Made by a program: the position numbers and the translations under genes. Below the pieces are notes generated by a model. That model was not told where the DNA came from. It saw only the letters and a list, made by a program, of their open reading frames with translations, and did not search any database. A DNA stretch of 64,000 nt from Eledone cirrhosa (lineage: Eukaryota): positions 397,730,001-397,794,000 of the forward strand of contig OZ024741.1 in NCBI GenBank assembly GCA_964016885.1, given 5' to 3'. This document shows, in pieces, positions 12,945 through 29,250 of this stretch. Every line of letters starts with the position of its first letter. Positions within the stretch are counted from its first letter, which is position 1.

Positions 12945-13466
12945 CTAGCAGAAAACCACCCTAAGGGTGGTTTTCTGCTAGCATGTGTAGTGTACATATT
13001 GATATTATACGCAAATATATATACATGTAGATATGATACATCAAATAACATCGTAATTGACAATATACACAGAAATTGAATGAAGACTGTGTTACACTGT
13101 CTTATGTAATCAGTAACGTAATCCATGATACCTTAAAAAAAGACGATATTATATATCAACTGCATTAGGAGAAAATTAGTATGTTTATTTAAGTGATCGC
13201 CACCGGAAGTGTTGACATCACACACTCTCTCTTTCTACATATATGGTAGTTGAAGTGGCAACGATATACCGGAATTGCAAGTTGGAAAGGAAGTCAATTT
13301 TAAATTATTTATTTTTACGAAATTATTTTTGTTTACGAAATTGAGTAGATAAATTATGTAATATTCATTCATTATTTATTCAAAGTAATCCAACTTATTT
13401 TACAAATGGGGTAAAAAAAAATAAACCGTACGCAGTCCCGCAGACCTTCCTTTATTATAGTTTAGA
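12945..13466 (-). mobile_element. Non-autonomous Helitron
   Basis: Minus strand begins A|TCTAAACTATAATAAA and ends with a GC-rich hairpin (CCACCC-taa-GGGTGG) followed by CTAG|T. AT target, no TSD. Confidence 0.65.
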
Positions 13467-13509
13467 TATCTAAGATGGTAGAAGTTAGAAAGATGAGACA
13501 TAGTATGTG

Positions 13510-16500
13510 GAATAGATAATAGTGTCACTATAGATAATAGTGTCACTATAGATAATAGTGTCACTATAGATAATAGTGTCACTATAGATAATAGTGTCAC
13601 TATATATATATAATAGTGTCACTATAGATAATAGTGTCACTATATATAATAGTGTCACTATATATAATAGTGTCACTATATATATAATAGTGTCACTATA
13701 GATAATAGTGTCACTATATATAATAGTGTCACTATAGATAATAGTGTCACTATATATATAATAGTGTCACTATATATATAATAGTGTCACTATAGATAAT
13801 AGTGTCACTATATATAATAGTGTCACTATAGATAATAGTGTCACTATAGATAATAGTGTCACTATAGATAATAGTGTCACTATAGATAATAGTGTCACTA
13901 TATATATAATAGTGTCACTATAGATAATAGTGTCACTATATATAATAGTGTCACTATATATAATAGTGTCACTATATATAATAGTGTCACTATATATATA
14001 ATAGTGTCACTATAGATAATAGTGTCACTATATATAATAGTGTCACTATAGATAATAGTGTCACTATATATATAATAGTGTCACTATATATATAATAGTG
14101 TCACTATAGATAATAGTGTCTCTATATATAATAGTGTCACTATAGATAATAGTGTCACTATATATAATAGTGTCACTATAGATAATAGTGTCACTATATA
14201 TAATAGTGTCACTATATATAATAGTGTCACTATAGATAATAGTGTCACTATATATAATAGTGTCACTATAGATAATAGTGTCACTATATATAATAGTGTC
14301 ACTATAGATAATAGTGTCACTATATATAATAGTGTCACTATATATAATAGTGTCACTATATATAATAGTGTCACTATAGATAATAGTGTCACTATAGATA
14401 ATAGTGTCACTATATATAATAGTGTCACTATATATATAATAGTGTCACTATAGATAATAGTGTCACTATATATAATAGTGTCACTATATATATAATAGTG
14501 TCACTATAGATAATAGTGTCACTATATATAATAGTGTCACTATATATAATAGTGTCACTATATATAATAGTGTCACTATAGATAATAGTGTCACTATAGA
14601 TAATAGTGTCACTATATATAATAGTGTCACTATAGATAATAGTGTCACTATATATAATAGTGTCACTATATATATAATAGTGTCACTATAGATAATAGTG
14701 TCACTATATATAATAGTGTCACTATATATATAATAGTGTCACTATAGATAATAGTGTCACTATATATAATAGTGTCACTATAGATAATAGTGTCACTATA
14801 TATATAATAGTGTCACTATAGATAATAGTGTCACTATATATAATAGTGTCACTATATATAATAGTGTCACTATATATATAATAGTGTCACTATAGATAAG
14901 AGTGTCACTATATGTAATAGTGTCACTATAGATAATAGTGTCACTATATATATAATAGTGTCACTATAGATAATAGTGTCACTATATATAATAGTGTCAC
15001 TATATATATAATAATGTCACTATAGATAATAGTGTCACTATATATAATAGTGTCACTATAGATAATAGTGTCACTATATATATAATAGTGTCACTATATA
15101 TAATAGTGTCACTATATATAATAGTGTCACTATATATATAATAGTGTCACTATAGATAATAGTGTCACTATATATAATAGTGTCACTATATATAATAGTG
15201 TCACTATAGATAATAGTGTCACTATATATAATAGTGTCACTATATATATAATAGTGTCACTATATATAATAGTGTCACTATAGATAATAGTGTCACTATA
15301 GATAATAGTGTCACTATATATAATAGTGTCACTATATATAATAGTGTCACTATATATAATAGTGTCACTATAGATAATAGAGTCACTATATATAATAGTG
15401 ACACTATAGGTCTATAGTGTCACTATATATAATAGTGACACTATAGGTCTATAGTGTCCCTATATATAATAGTGTCACTATAGATAATAGTGTCACTATA
15501 TATATAATAGCATCACTATATATAATAGTGTCACTATAGATAATAGTGTCACTATATATATATTAGTGTCACTATAGATAATAGTGTCACTATATATAAC
15601 AGTGTCACTATATATAATAGTGTCACTATATATAATAGTGTCACTATATATATAATAGCGTCACTATATATAATAGTGTCACTATATATATAATAGTGTC
15701 ACTATAGATAATAGTGTCACTATAGATAATAGTGTCACTATAGATAATAGTGTCACTATATATAATAGTGTCACTATAGATGATAGTGTCACTATATATA
15801 ATAGTGTCACTATATATAATAGTGTCACTATATATATAATAGTGTCACTATAGATAATAGTGTCACTATATATAATAATAGTGTCACTATAGATAATAGT
15901 GTCACTATAGATAATAGTGTCACTGTATATAATAGTGTCACTATATATAATAGTGTCACTATAGATAATAGTGTCACTATATATAATAGTGCCACTATAG
16001 ATAATAGTGTCAGTATAGATAATAGTATCACTATAGATAATAGTGTCAGTATAGATAATAGTGTCACTATATATAATAGTGTCACTATATATAATAGTGT
16101 CACTATATATATAATAGTGTCACTATATATATAACAGTGTCACTATAGATAATAGTGTCACTATATATATAATAGTGTCACTATAGATAATAGTGTCACT
16201 ATATATATAATAGTGTCACTATATATAATAGTGTCACTATATATATAATAGTGTCACTATATATAATAGTGTCACTATATATAATAGTGCCACTATAGAC
16301 CTATAGTGACAATATATATAATAGTGTCACTATAGATAATAGGGTCACTATATATATAATAGTGTCACTATAGATAATAGTGTCACTATAGATAATAGTG
16401 TCACTATAGATAATAGTGTCACTATATATAATAGTGTCACTATAGATAATAGTGTCACTATATATAATAGTGTCACTATAGATAATAGTGTCACTATATA

Positions 16501-19500
16501 TAATAGTGTCACTATATACAATAGTGTCACTATAGATAATAGTGTCACTATAGATAATAGTGTCACTATATATAATAGTGTCACTATAGATAATAGTGTC
16601 ACTATATATATATAATAGTGTCACTATAGATAATAGTGTCACTATATATAATAGTGTCACTATAGATAATAGTGTCACTATATATAATAGTGTCACTATA
16701 GATAATAGTGTCACTATATATATAATAATGTCACTATATATAATAGTGTCACGATAGATAATAGTGTCACTATATATATAATAGTGTCCCTATAGATAAT
16801 AGTGTCACTATATATAATAGTGTCACTATATATAATAGTATCACTATATATATAATAGTGTCACTATAGACCTATAGTGACAATATATATAATAGTGTCA
16901 CTATAGATAATAGTGTCACTATATATATAATAGTGTCACTATATATATAATAGTGTCACTATAGATAATAGTGTCACTATATATATAATAGTGTCACTAT
17001 ATATAATAGTGTCACTATATATAATAGTGTCACTATAGATAATAGTGTCACTATATATAATAGTAACACTATAGGTCTATAGTGTCACTATATATAATAG
17101 TGACACTATAGGTCTATAGCATCACTATATATAATAGTGTCACTATAGATAATAGTGTCACTATATGTATATTAGTGTCACTATAGATAATAGTGTCACT
17201 ATATATAATAGTGTCACTATATATATAATAGTGTCACTATATATAATAGTGTCACTATATATATAATAGTGTCACTATATATAATAGTGTCACTATATAT
17301 AATAGTGACACTATAGGTCTATAGTGTCACTATATATAATAGTGACACTATAGCTCTATAGCATCACTATATATAATAGTGTCACTATAGATAATAGGGT
17401 CACTATATATATATGATAGTGTCACTATAGATAATAGTGTCACTATAGATAATAGTGTCACTATATATAATAGTGTCACTATAGATAATAGTGTCACTAT
17501 ATATAATAGTGTCACTATATATAATAGTGTCACTATAGATAATAGTGTCACTATAGATAATAGTGTCACTATATATAATAGTGTCACTATAGATAATAGT
17601 GTCACTATATATATAATAGTGTCACTATAGATAATAGTGTCACTATATATAATAGTGTCACTATATATATAATAGTGTCACTATAGACCTATAGTGACAA
17701 TATATATAATAGTGTCACTATATATATAATAGTGTCACTATATATAATAGTGTCAGTATAGATAATAGTGTCACTATATATAATAGTGTCACTATAGATA
17801 ATAGTGTCACTATAGATAATAGTGTCACTATATATATATAATAGTGTCACTATAGATAATAGTTTCACTATATATAATAGTGTCACTATAGAGAATAGTG
17901 TCACTATATATAATAGAGTCACTATATATATAATAGTGTCACTATAGATAATAGTGTCACTATATATATAATAGTGTCACTATAGATAATAGTGTCACTA
18001 TATATAATAGTGTCACTATAGATAATAGTGTCACTATATATAATAGTGTCACTATATATATAATAGTGTCACTATATATATAATAGTGTCACTATAGATA
18101 ATAGTGTCACTATAGATAATAGTGTCACTATATATAATAGTGTCACTATAGATAATAGTGTCAGTATAGATAATAGTATCACTATAGCTAATAGTGTCAG
18201 TATAGATAATAGTGTCACTATATATAATAGTGTCACTATATATAATAGTGTCACTATATATATAATAGTGTCACTATATATAATAGTGTCACTATAGATA
18301 ATAGTGTCACTATATATATAACAGTGTCACTATAGATAATAGTGTCACTATATATATAATAGTGTCACTATAGATAATAGTGTCACTATAGATAATAGTG
18401 TCACTATATATATAATAGTGTCACTATATATAATAGTGTCACTATATATAATAGTGCCACTATAGACCTATATTGACAATATATATAATAGTGTCACTAT
18501 AGATAATAGGGTCACTATATATATAATAGTGTCACTATAGATAATAGTGTCATTATAGATAATAGTGTCACTATATATAATAGTGTCACTATAGATAATA
18601 GAGTCACTATATATAATAGTGACACTATAGGTCTATAGTGTCACTATATATAATAGTGACACTATAGGTCTATAGTGTCCCTATATATAATAGTGTCACT
18701 ATATATATAATAGCATCACTATATATAATAGTGTCACTATAGATAATAGTGTCACTATATATATATTAGTGTCACTATAGATAATAGTGTCACTATATAT
18801 AACAGTGTCACTATATATAATAGTGTCACTATATATAATAGTGTCAATATATATATAATAGCGTCACTATATATAATAGTGTCACTATATATATAATAGT
18901 GTCACTATAGATAATAGTGTCACTATAGATAATAGTGTCACTATAGATAATAGTGTCACTATATATAATAGTGTCACTATAGATGATAGTGTCACTATAT
19001 ATAATAGTGTCACTATATATAATAGTGTCACTATATATATAATAGTGTCACTATAGATAATAGTGTCACTATATATAATAGTGTCACTATAGATAATAGT
19101 GTCACTATAGATAATAGTGTCACTATATATAATAGTGTCACTATATATAATAGTGTCACTATAGATAATAGTGTCACTATATATAATAGTGCCACTATAG
19201 ATAATAGTGTCAGTATAGATAATAGTATCACTATAGATAATAGTGTCAGTATAGATAATAGTGTCACTATATATAATAGTGTCACTATATATAATAGTGT
19301 CACTATATATATAATAGTGTCACTATATATATAACAGTGTCACTATAGATAATAGTGTCACTATATATATAATAGTGTCACTATAGATAATAGTGTCACT
19401 ATATATATAATAGTGTCACTATATATAATAGTGTCACTATATATATAATAGTGTCACTATATATAATAGTGTCACTATATATAATAGTGCCACTATAGAC

Positions 19501-22500
19501 CTATAGTGACAATATATATAATAGTGTCACTATAGATAATAGGGTCACTATATATATAATAGTGTCACTATAGATAATAGTGTCACTATATATAATAGTG
19601 TCACTATAGATAATAGTGTCACTATATATAATAGTGTCACTATAGATAATAGTGTCACTATATATAATAGTGTCACTATATACAATAGTGTCACTATAGA
19701 TAATAGTGTCACTATAGATAATAGTGTCACTATATATAATAGTGTCACTATAGATAATAGTGTCACTATATATATAATAGTGTCACTATAGATAATAGTG
19801 TCACTATATATAATAGTGTCACTATAGATAATAGTGTCACTATATATAATAGTGTCACTATAGATAATAGTGTCACTATATATATAATAATGTCACTATA
19901 TATAATAGTGTCACTATAGATAATAGTGTCACTATATATATAATAGTGTCCCTATAGATAATAGTGTCACTATATATAATAGTGTCACTATATATAATAG
20001 TATCACTATATATATAATAGTGTCACTATAGACCTATAGTGACAATATATATAATAGTGTCACTATAGATAATAGTGTCACTATATATATAATAGTGTCA
20101 CTATATATATAATAGTGTCACTATAGATAATAGTGTCACTATATATATAATAGTGTCACTATATATAATAGTGTCACTATATATAATAGTGTCACTATAG
20201 ATAATAGTGTCACTATATATAATAGTAACACTATAGGTCTATAGTGTCACTATATATAATAGTGACACTATAGGTCTATAGCATCACTATATATAATAGT
20301 GTCACTATAGATAATAGTGTCACTATATATATATTAGTGTCACTATAGATAATAGTGTCACTATATATAATAGTGTCACTATATATATAATAGTGTCACT
20401 ATATATAATAGTGTCACTATATATATAATAGTGTCACTATATATAATAGTGTCACTATAGATAATAGTGTCACTATATATAATAGTGACACTATAGGTCT
20501 ATAGTGTCACTATATATAATAGTGACACTATAGCTCTATAGCATCACTATATATAATAGTGTCACTATAGATAATAGGGTCACTATATATATATGATAGT
20601 GTCACTATAGATAATAGTGTCACTATAGATAATAGTGTCACTATATATAATAGTGTCACTATAGATAATAGTGTCACTATATATAATAGTGTCACTATAT
20701 ATAATAGTGTCACTATAGATAATAGTGTCACTATAGATAATAGTGTCACTATATATAATAGTGTCACTATATATATAATAGTGTCACTATAGATAATAGT
20801 GTCACTATATATAATAGTGTCACTATATATATAATAGTGTCACTATAGACCTATAGTGACAATATATATAATAGTGTCACTATATATATAATAGTGTCAC
20901 TATATATATAATAGTGTCACTATAGATAATAGTGTCACTATATATATAATAGTGTCACTATATATAATAGTGTCAGTATAGATAATAGTGTCACTATATA
21001 TAATAGTGTCACTATAGATAATAGTGTCACTATAGATAATAGTGTCACTATATATATATAATAGTGTCACTATAGATAATAGTTTCACTATATATAATAG
21101 TGTCACTATAGAGAATAGTGTCACTATATATAATAGAGTCACTATATATATAATAGTGTCACTATAGATAATAGTGTCACTATATATATAATAGTGTCAC
21201 TATAGATAATAGTGTCACTATATATAATAGTGTCACTATAGATAATAGTGTCACTATATATAATAGTGTCACTATATATATAATAGTGTCACTATATATA
21301 TAATAGTGTCACTATAGATAATAGTGTCACTATAGATAATAGTGTCACTATATATAATAGTGTCACTATAGATAATAGTGTCAGTATAGATAATAGTATC
21401 ACTATAGATAATAGTGTCAGTATAGATAATAGTGTCACTATATATAATAGTGTCACTATATATAATAGTGTCACTATATATATAATAGTGTCACTATATA
21501 TAATAGTGTCACTATAGATAATAGTGTCACTATATATATAACAGTGTCACTATAGATAATAGTGTCACTATATATATAATAGTGTCATTATAGATAATAG
21601 TGTCACTATAGATAATAGTGTCACTATATATATAATAGTGTCACTATATATAATAGTGTCACTATATATAATAGTGCCACTATAGACCTATATTGACAAT
21701 ATATATAATAGTGTCACTATAGATAATAGGGTCACTATATATATAATAGTGTCACTATAGATAATAGTGTCACTATAGATAATAGTGTCACTATATATAA
21801 TAGTGTCACTATAGATAATAGTGTCACTATAGATAATAGTGTCACTATATATAATAGTGTCACTATATATAATAGTGTCACTATATATAATAGTGTCACT
21901 ATAGATAATAGTGTCACTATAGATAATAGTGTCACTATAGATAATAGTGTCACTATAGATAATAGTGTCACTATATATATAATAGTGTCACTATAGATAA
22001 TAGTGTCACTATATATAATAGTGTCACTATAGATAATAGTGTCACTATATATATAATAATGTCACTATATATAATAGTGTCACTATAGATAATAGTGTCA
22101 CTATATATATAATAGTGTCACTATATATAATAGTGTCACTATATATATAATAGTGTCACTATAGACCTATAGTGACAATATATATAATAGTGTCACTATA
22201 GATAATAGTGTCACTATATATATATAATAATGTCACTATAGATAATAGTGTCACTATATATATAATAGTGTCACTATATATAATAGTGTCACTATATATA
22301 ATAGTGTCACTATAGATAATAGTGTTACTATATATAATAGTGACACTATAGGTCTATAGTGTCACTATATATAATAGTGACACTATAGGTCTATAGTGTC
22401 ACTATATATAATAGTGTCACTATAGATAATAGTGTCACTATATATATAATAGCATCACTATATATAATAGTGTCACTATAGATAATAGTGTCACTATATA

Positions 22501-25500
22501 TATATTAGTGACACCATAGATAATAGTGTCACTATATATAATAGTGTCACTATATATAATAGTGTCACTATATATAATAGTGTCACTATATATATAATAG
22601 TGTCACTATATATAATAGTGTCACTATATATATAATAGTGTCACTATATATAATAGTGTCACTATATATATAATAGTGTCACTATATATAATAGTGTCAC
22701 TATATATATAATAGTGTCACTATATATAATAGTGTCACTATATATAATAGTGCCACTATAGACCTATAGTGACAATATATATAATAGTGTCACTATAGAT
22801 AATAGGGTCACTATATATATAATAGTGTCACTATAGATAATAGTGTCACTATAGATAATAGTGTCACTATATATATAATAGTGTCACTATATATAATAGT
22901 GTCAGTATAGATAATAGTGTCACTATATATAATAGTGTCACTATAGATAATAGTGTCACTATAGATAATAGTGTCACTATATATATATAATAGTGTCACT
23001 ATAGATAATAGTTTCACTATATATAATAGTGTCACTATAGAGAATAGTGTCACTATATATAATAGAGTCACTATATATATAATAGTGTCACTATAGATAA
23101 TAGTGTCACTATATATATAATAGTGTCACTATAGATAATAGTGTCACTATATATAATAGTGTCACTATAGATAATAGTGTCACTATATATAATAGTGTCA
23201 CTATATATATAATAGTGTCACTATATATATAATAGTGTCACTATAGATAATAATGTCACTATAGATAATAGTGTCACTATATATAATAGTGTCACTATAG
23301 ATAATAGTGTCAGTATAGATAATAGTATCACTATAGATAATAGTGTCAGTATAGATAATAGTGTCACTATATATAATAGTGTCACTATATATAATAGTGT
23401 CACTATATATATAATAGTGTCACTATATATAATAGTGTCACTATAGATAATAGTGTCACTATATATATAACAGTGTCACTATAGATAATAGTGTCACTAT
23501 ATATATAATAGTGTCATTATAGATAATAGTGTCACTATAGATAATAGTGTCACTATATATATAATAGTGTCACTATATATAATAGTGTCACTATATATAA
23601 TAGTGCCACTATAGACCTATATTGACAATATATATAATAGTGTCACTATAGGTAATAGGGTCACTATATATATAATAGTGTCACTATAGATAATAGTGTC
23701 ACTATAGATAATAGTGTCACTATATATAATAGTGTCACTATAGATAATAGTGTCACTATAGATAATAGTGTCACTATATATAATAGTGTCACTATATATA
23801 ATAGTGTCACTATATATAATAGTGTCACTATAGATAATAGTGTCACTATAGATAATAGTGTCACTATAGATAATAGTGTCACTATATATAATAGTGTCAC
23901 TATATATATAATAGTGTCACTATAGATAATAGTGTCACTATATATAATAGTGTCACTATAGATAATAGTGTCACTATATATATAATAATGTCACTATATA
24001 TAATAGTGTCACTATATATAATAGTGTCACTATATATATAATAGTGTCACTATATATAATAGTGTCACTATATATATAATAGTGTCACTATAGACCTATA
24101 GTGACAATATATATAATAGTGTCACTATAGATAATAGTGTCACTATAGATAATAGTGTCACTATATATATAATAGTGTCACTATATATAATAGTGTCACT
24201 ATATATAATAGTGTCACTATAGATAATAGTGTTACTATATATAATAGTGACACTATAGGTCTATAGTGTCACTATATATAATAGTGACACTATAGGTCTA
24301 TAGTGTCACTATATATAATAGTGTCACTATAGATAATAGTGTCACTATATATATAATAGCATCACTATATATAATAGTGTCACTATAGATAATAGTGTCA
24401 CTATATATATATTAGTGACACCATAGATAATAGTGTCACTATATATAATAGTGTCACTATATATAATAGTGTCACTATATATAATAGTGTCACTATATAT
24501 ATAATAGTGTCACTATATATAATAGTGTCACTATATATATAATAGTGTCACTATATATAATAGTGTCACTATATATATAATAGTGTCACTATATATAATA
24601 GTGTCACTATATATATAATAGTGTCACTATATATAATAGTGTCACTATATATAATAGTGCCACTATAGACCTATAGTGACAATATATATAATAGTGTCAC
24701 TATAGATAATAGGGTCACTATATATATAATAGTGTCACTATAGATAATAGTGTCACTATAGATAATAGTGTCACTATAGATAATAGTGTCACTATATATA
24801 ATAGTGTCACTATATATAATAGTGTCACTATATATAATAGTGTCACTATAGATAATAGTGTCACTATATATAATAGTGTCACTATATATAATAGTGTCAC
24901 TATATATAATAGTGTCACTATAGATAATAGTGTCACTATAGATAATAGTGTCACTATATATAATAGTGTCACTATATATATAATAGTGTCACTATAGATA
25001 ATAGTGTCACTATATATAATAGTGTCACTATAGATAATAGTGTCACTATATATATAATAATGTCACTATATATAATAGTGTCACTATAGATAATAGTGTC
25101 ACTATATATATAATAGTGTCACTATAGATAATAGTGTCACTATATATATAATAGTGTCACTATAGACCTATAGTGACACTATATATAATAGTGTCACTAT
25201 AGATAATAGTGTCACTATATATATAATAGTGTCACTATAGATAATAGTGTCACTATATATAATAGTGTTACTATATATATAATAGTGTCACTATAGATAA
25301 TAGTGTCACTATATATAATAGTGTCACTATAGATAATAGTGTCACTATATATATAATAATGTCACTATATATAATAGTGTCACTATAGATAATAGTGTCA
25401 CTATATATATAATAGTGTCACTATAGATAATAGTGTCACTATATATATAATAGTGTCACTATAGACCTATAGTGACACTATATATAATAGTGTCACTATA

Positions 25501-26922
25501 GATAATAGTGTCACTATATATATAATAGTGTCACTATATATATAATAGTGTCACTATAGATAATAGTGTCACTATATATATAATAGTGTCACTATATATA
25601 ATAGTGTCACTATATATAATAGTGTCACTATATATAATAGTGACACTATAGGTCTATAGTGTCACTATATATAATAGTGTCACTATAGATAATAGTGTCA
25701 CTATATATATAATAGTGTCACTATATATATAATAGTTTCACTATATATAATAGTGTCACTATATATATAATAGTTTCACTATATATAATAGTGTCACTAT
25801 ATATATAATAGTGTCACTATAGATAATATTGTCACTATATATATAATAGTGTCACTATAGATAATAGTGTCACTATAGATAATAGTGTCACTATATATAA
25901 TAGTGTCACTATAGATAATAGTGTCACTATATATAATAGTGTCACTATATATAATAGTGTCACTATATATATAATAGTGTCACTATAGATAATAGTGTCA
26001 CTATAGATAATAGTGTCACTATATATAATAGTGTCACTATAGATAATAGTGTCACTATATATAATAGTGTCACTATAGATAATAGTGTCACTATATATAT
26101 AATAATGTCACTATATATAATAGTGTCACTATAGATAATAGTGTCACTATATATATAATAGTGTCACTATAGATAATAGTGTCACTATATATATAATAGT
26201 GTCACTATAGACCTATAGTGACACTATATATAATAGTGTCACTATAGATAATAGTGTCACTATATATATAATAGTGTCACTATATATATAATAGTGTCAC
26301 TATAGATAATAGTGTCACTATATATATAATAGTGTCACTATATATAATAGTGTCACTATATATAATAGTGTCACTATATATAATAGTGACACTATAGGTC
26401 TATAGTGTCACTATATATAATAGTGTCACTATAGATAATAGTGTCACTATATATATAATAGTGTCACTATATATATAATAGTTTCACTATATATAATAGT
26501 GTCACTATATATATAATAGTTTCACTATATATAATAGTGTCACTATATATATAATAGTGTCACTATAGATAATATTGTCACTATATATATAATAGTGTCA
26601 CTATAGATAATAGTGTCACTATAGATAATAGTGTCACTATATATAATAGTGTCACTATAGATAATAGTGTCACTATATATAATAGTGTCACTATATATAA
26701 TAGTGTCACTATAGATAATAATGTCACTATATATAATAGTGTCACTATAGATAATAGGGTCACTATATATATAATAGTGTCACTATAGATAATAATGTCA
26801 CTATATATAATAGTGTCACTATAGATAATAGTGTCACTAAAGGTCTATAGTGTCACTATAGGTCTATAGTGACACTATTATATATAGTGTCACTCTAGGT
26901 CTATAGTGTCACTATAGATAAT
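13510..26922. repeat. 13.4-kb satellite of an 18/20-bp palindromic unit
   Basis: Unit ATAATAGTGTCACTATA(G/T), plus or minus TA. Roughly 700 units by length. Confidence 0.98.
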
Positions 26923-27567
26923 CAAATATAATCTTGCCAATTATTAAGTTTAATTTTTACTACAATAACTACTAACTCAATAGAAATATTTTATACATAC
27001 AGACATACATACATACACACATACATACACACACACACAGATACCATCATCATCATCATCATCACCATTTAATATCCATTTTCCACGCTAGCATGGGTTA
27101 GACGTGTTGTCCAATTTGGTCAGGTGACCATGTCTTACTTATATAGAACTGTTTCTGGCTAGGTTTCTACAGCTGGACACCCTTTTTAATTCCAACCACT
27201 TTACAGTGTATATATATAGGGTCCCCGTCCTACCACCAACCACTTTACAGAGTGAACTGGGTGTGTTTATTGTTTAAATCACCAACACTAGGGAGGTTAA
27301 CTTGATATATATATATATATATATATAGTAGAATAATCGAGTATCGAAAAATCGGCGCACGAGTTCACGATAAACAAAATTCGATATGAGCGGCAGAGGG
27401 CTCAATAATTTAGATAAATCAGAGCTATAACTATCGTTAAAATACCGTCACACATAGAACAAGTCTATAATCAACCGTACGATCGAAAAGTTGCGATCTG
27501 GAAGATTCGGGACACTCAGATAAAAAATCAATAAATCAATAAATCAAATGAATGTAAATATATATAT

Positions 27568-27818
27568 ATTTCGTTTCTGAATTTTGTTTAGCAAGATTCT
27601 TTATCTGAAAACGTGTGTTGAAACCGATATAGTTATACTTTGGGAGGGTCATGTTGCCAATAAGAAACACACGCATCAGTTGCTTTCACTCCAATTTATT
27701 TAAAATTAAATTTATAAATTCTTAAATTTATAAATTTAATTTATAATAAATTGGAGTGAAAGCAACTGATGCGTGTGTTTCTTATTGGCAACATGACCCT
27801 CTCAAAGTATAACTATAT
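27568..27818. repeat. Fold-back copy of a dispersed repeat (other copies at 121-170, 335-440, 2275-2400, 10570-10650, 40830-40950)
   Basis: Shared motif GTGTGTTGAAAC..ATATTGTTATACTTTGGGAGGGTCATGTTGCCAAT. Here 27630-27720 is mirrored at 27725-27815. TA-flanked. Confidence 0.75.
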
Positions 27819-27873
27819 ATATATAAGCATGAGTATTTTGTATATCTAGTGATGTATGGTATGATTATGAATA

Positions 27874-27910
<37 letters not shown>

Positions 27911-28096
27911 GAAGGAAGTGTGGTAAGGAACCAGATGGACCATAACACACCAGAGTACTCAATACTTAGGGTAATAGAGTGGGTAATAGGAAAATGTTTA
28001 ACCCCCACGGCAGAACTCAAGCCGTTTTGACAGCTATTTCTGAACTGAAATAGCCATCAAAACGGCTTGAGCTCTGCCGTCGGGGTTAAACATTTT

Positions 28097-28161
<65 letters not shown>

Positions 28162-28212
28162 TATATATATACATTATATACATACATATATACACATACA
28201 CACATACACACA

Positions 28213-28508
28213 GCTGAGTAAACTGACTGGAGCAATGTGAAATAAAGTGTCTTGCTTCCTTGAGCAAGGCACTTTATTTCACATTGCTCCAGTTTACTTA
28301 GCTGTAGAAATGAGATGATAGGGACTGGGGTCCCTATCATTCCACTGCAAAGTGGTCGTGTAGGTGCCACGGCAAAAAGCACCCAGCACTCACTGTAAAT
28401 GAGGTTGGTGTTAGGAAGGGCATCCAGCTGTAGAAATCAAGCCAGAATCAGTTCCCGTCCCACCCTTGCAAGCAGGGGAAAGTGGACGTAAAATGATGAT
28501 GATGATGA
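28213..28508 (+). mobile_element. 5'-truncated, 5'-inverted SINE copy
   Basis: 28258-28508 matches the 38071 SINE from the core onward. 28213-28256 is an inverted copy of the core segment. Confidence 0.7.
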
Positions 28509-29059
28509 CATATATATATATATATTACTGATAAAACTTTTTATAATATTTTTGATAAAAAAAATATCCATGTTATTTATTTTTGTAAAATCTAATAGAG
28601 CAGAATATTTGTGTATCCTACCAGAATAACTGAAGCATGTTGAACGTCAATAAGATGTCATATCTGTTATCTATCTCAGTCAAATCTCAATATGTATAAT
28701 TCATCATTGCCAGAAGCAATAGGGTCAAATATTTCATAAATTACACTCTCAAAATATTATTTACTGTCAACAAACATTATGTATGTGTAGCTGATCTCTC
28801 TGACTTTTATGAAATGCTGAGGGAATAAAGTTAATATAAAAAATGGTGTACTCTCATGCGCAAAGATGCTATGAAATAGCTTATAAAATAGGATGACGAC
28901 TTTTAAAGATGGGAAAAGAAGTTCCCATCAAAACACCCAATGGCAACTTCTTTTTCTGCCTTTAAGGATCTTCACACTATTTTATAAGTTATTTTATAGC
29001 CTCATGCGCATGAGATCACACTACACTTTATATTAATATTACATCTACAATAAATATAC

Positions 29060-29250
29060 AGTGAAGAATGAAAGACAGCCTAGTGTGTGACTGTGGGGAC
29101 CCTGACCAGACTGTACTGTATGTTGTTTGGGATTGCCCCCTCAGATGTTTTGCCAGTGGCCTGGAGGTAATCTGTAGTACCCTTAGTCTGGCTCACCAGT
29201 TTCAACATGCCTTGTTAGCTACTGTGTATCATACAAGAAGAAGAAACTAG
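29060..29250 (+). mobile_element. LINE 3' fragment with CCHC-like knuckle (I/Nimb-like)
   Basis: ORF 29068: CDCGDPDQTVLYVVWDCP. Ends CATACAAGAAGAAGAA. Confidence 0.55.

Noticed and set aside
15398-15425. GTGACACTATAG match to the phage SP6 promoter core
   Set aside because: Only 12 nt, produced by local inversion of the satellite unit, with no vector context. Coincidence.
13400-26763. Many IVTLLS/YSDTII ORFs
   Set aside because: Translation of the 18-bp satellite.
27325-27545. CpG-rich TA-flanked insert
   Set aside because: Probably another mobile-element fragment, but no motif, ORF or second copy could be identified to support a call.
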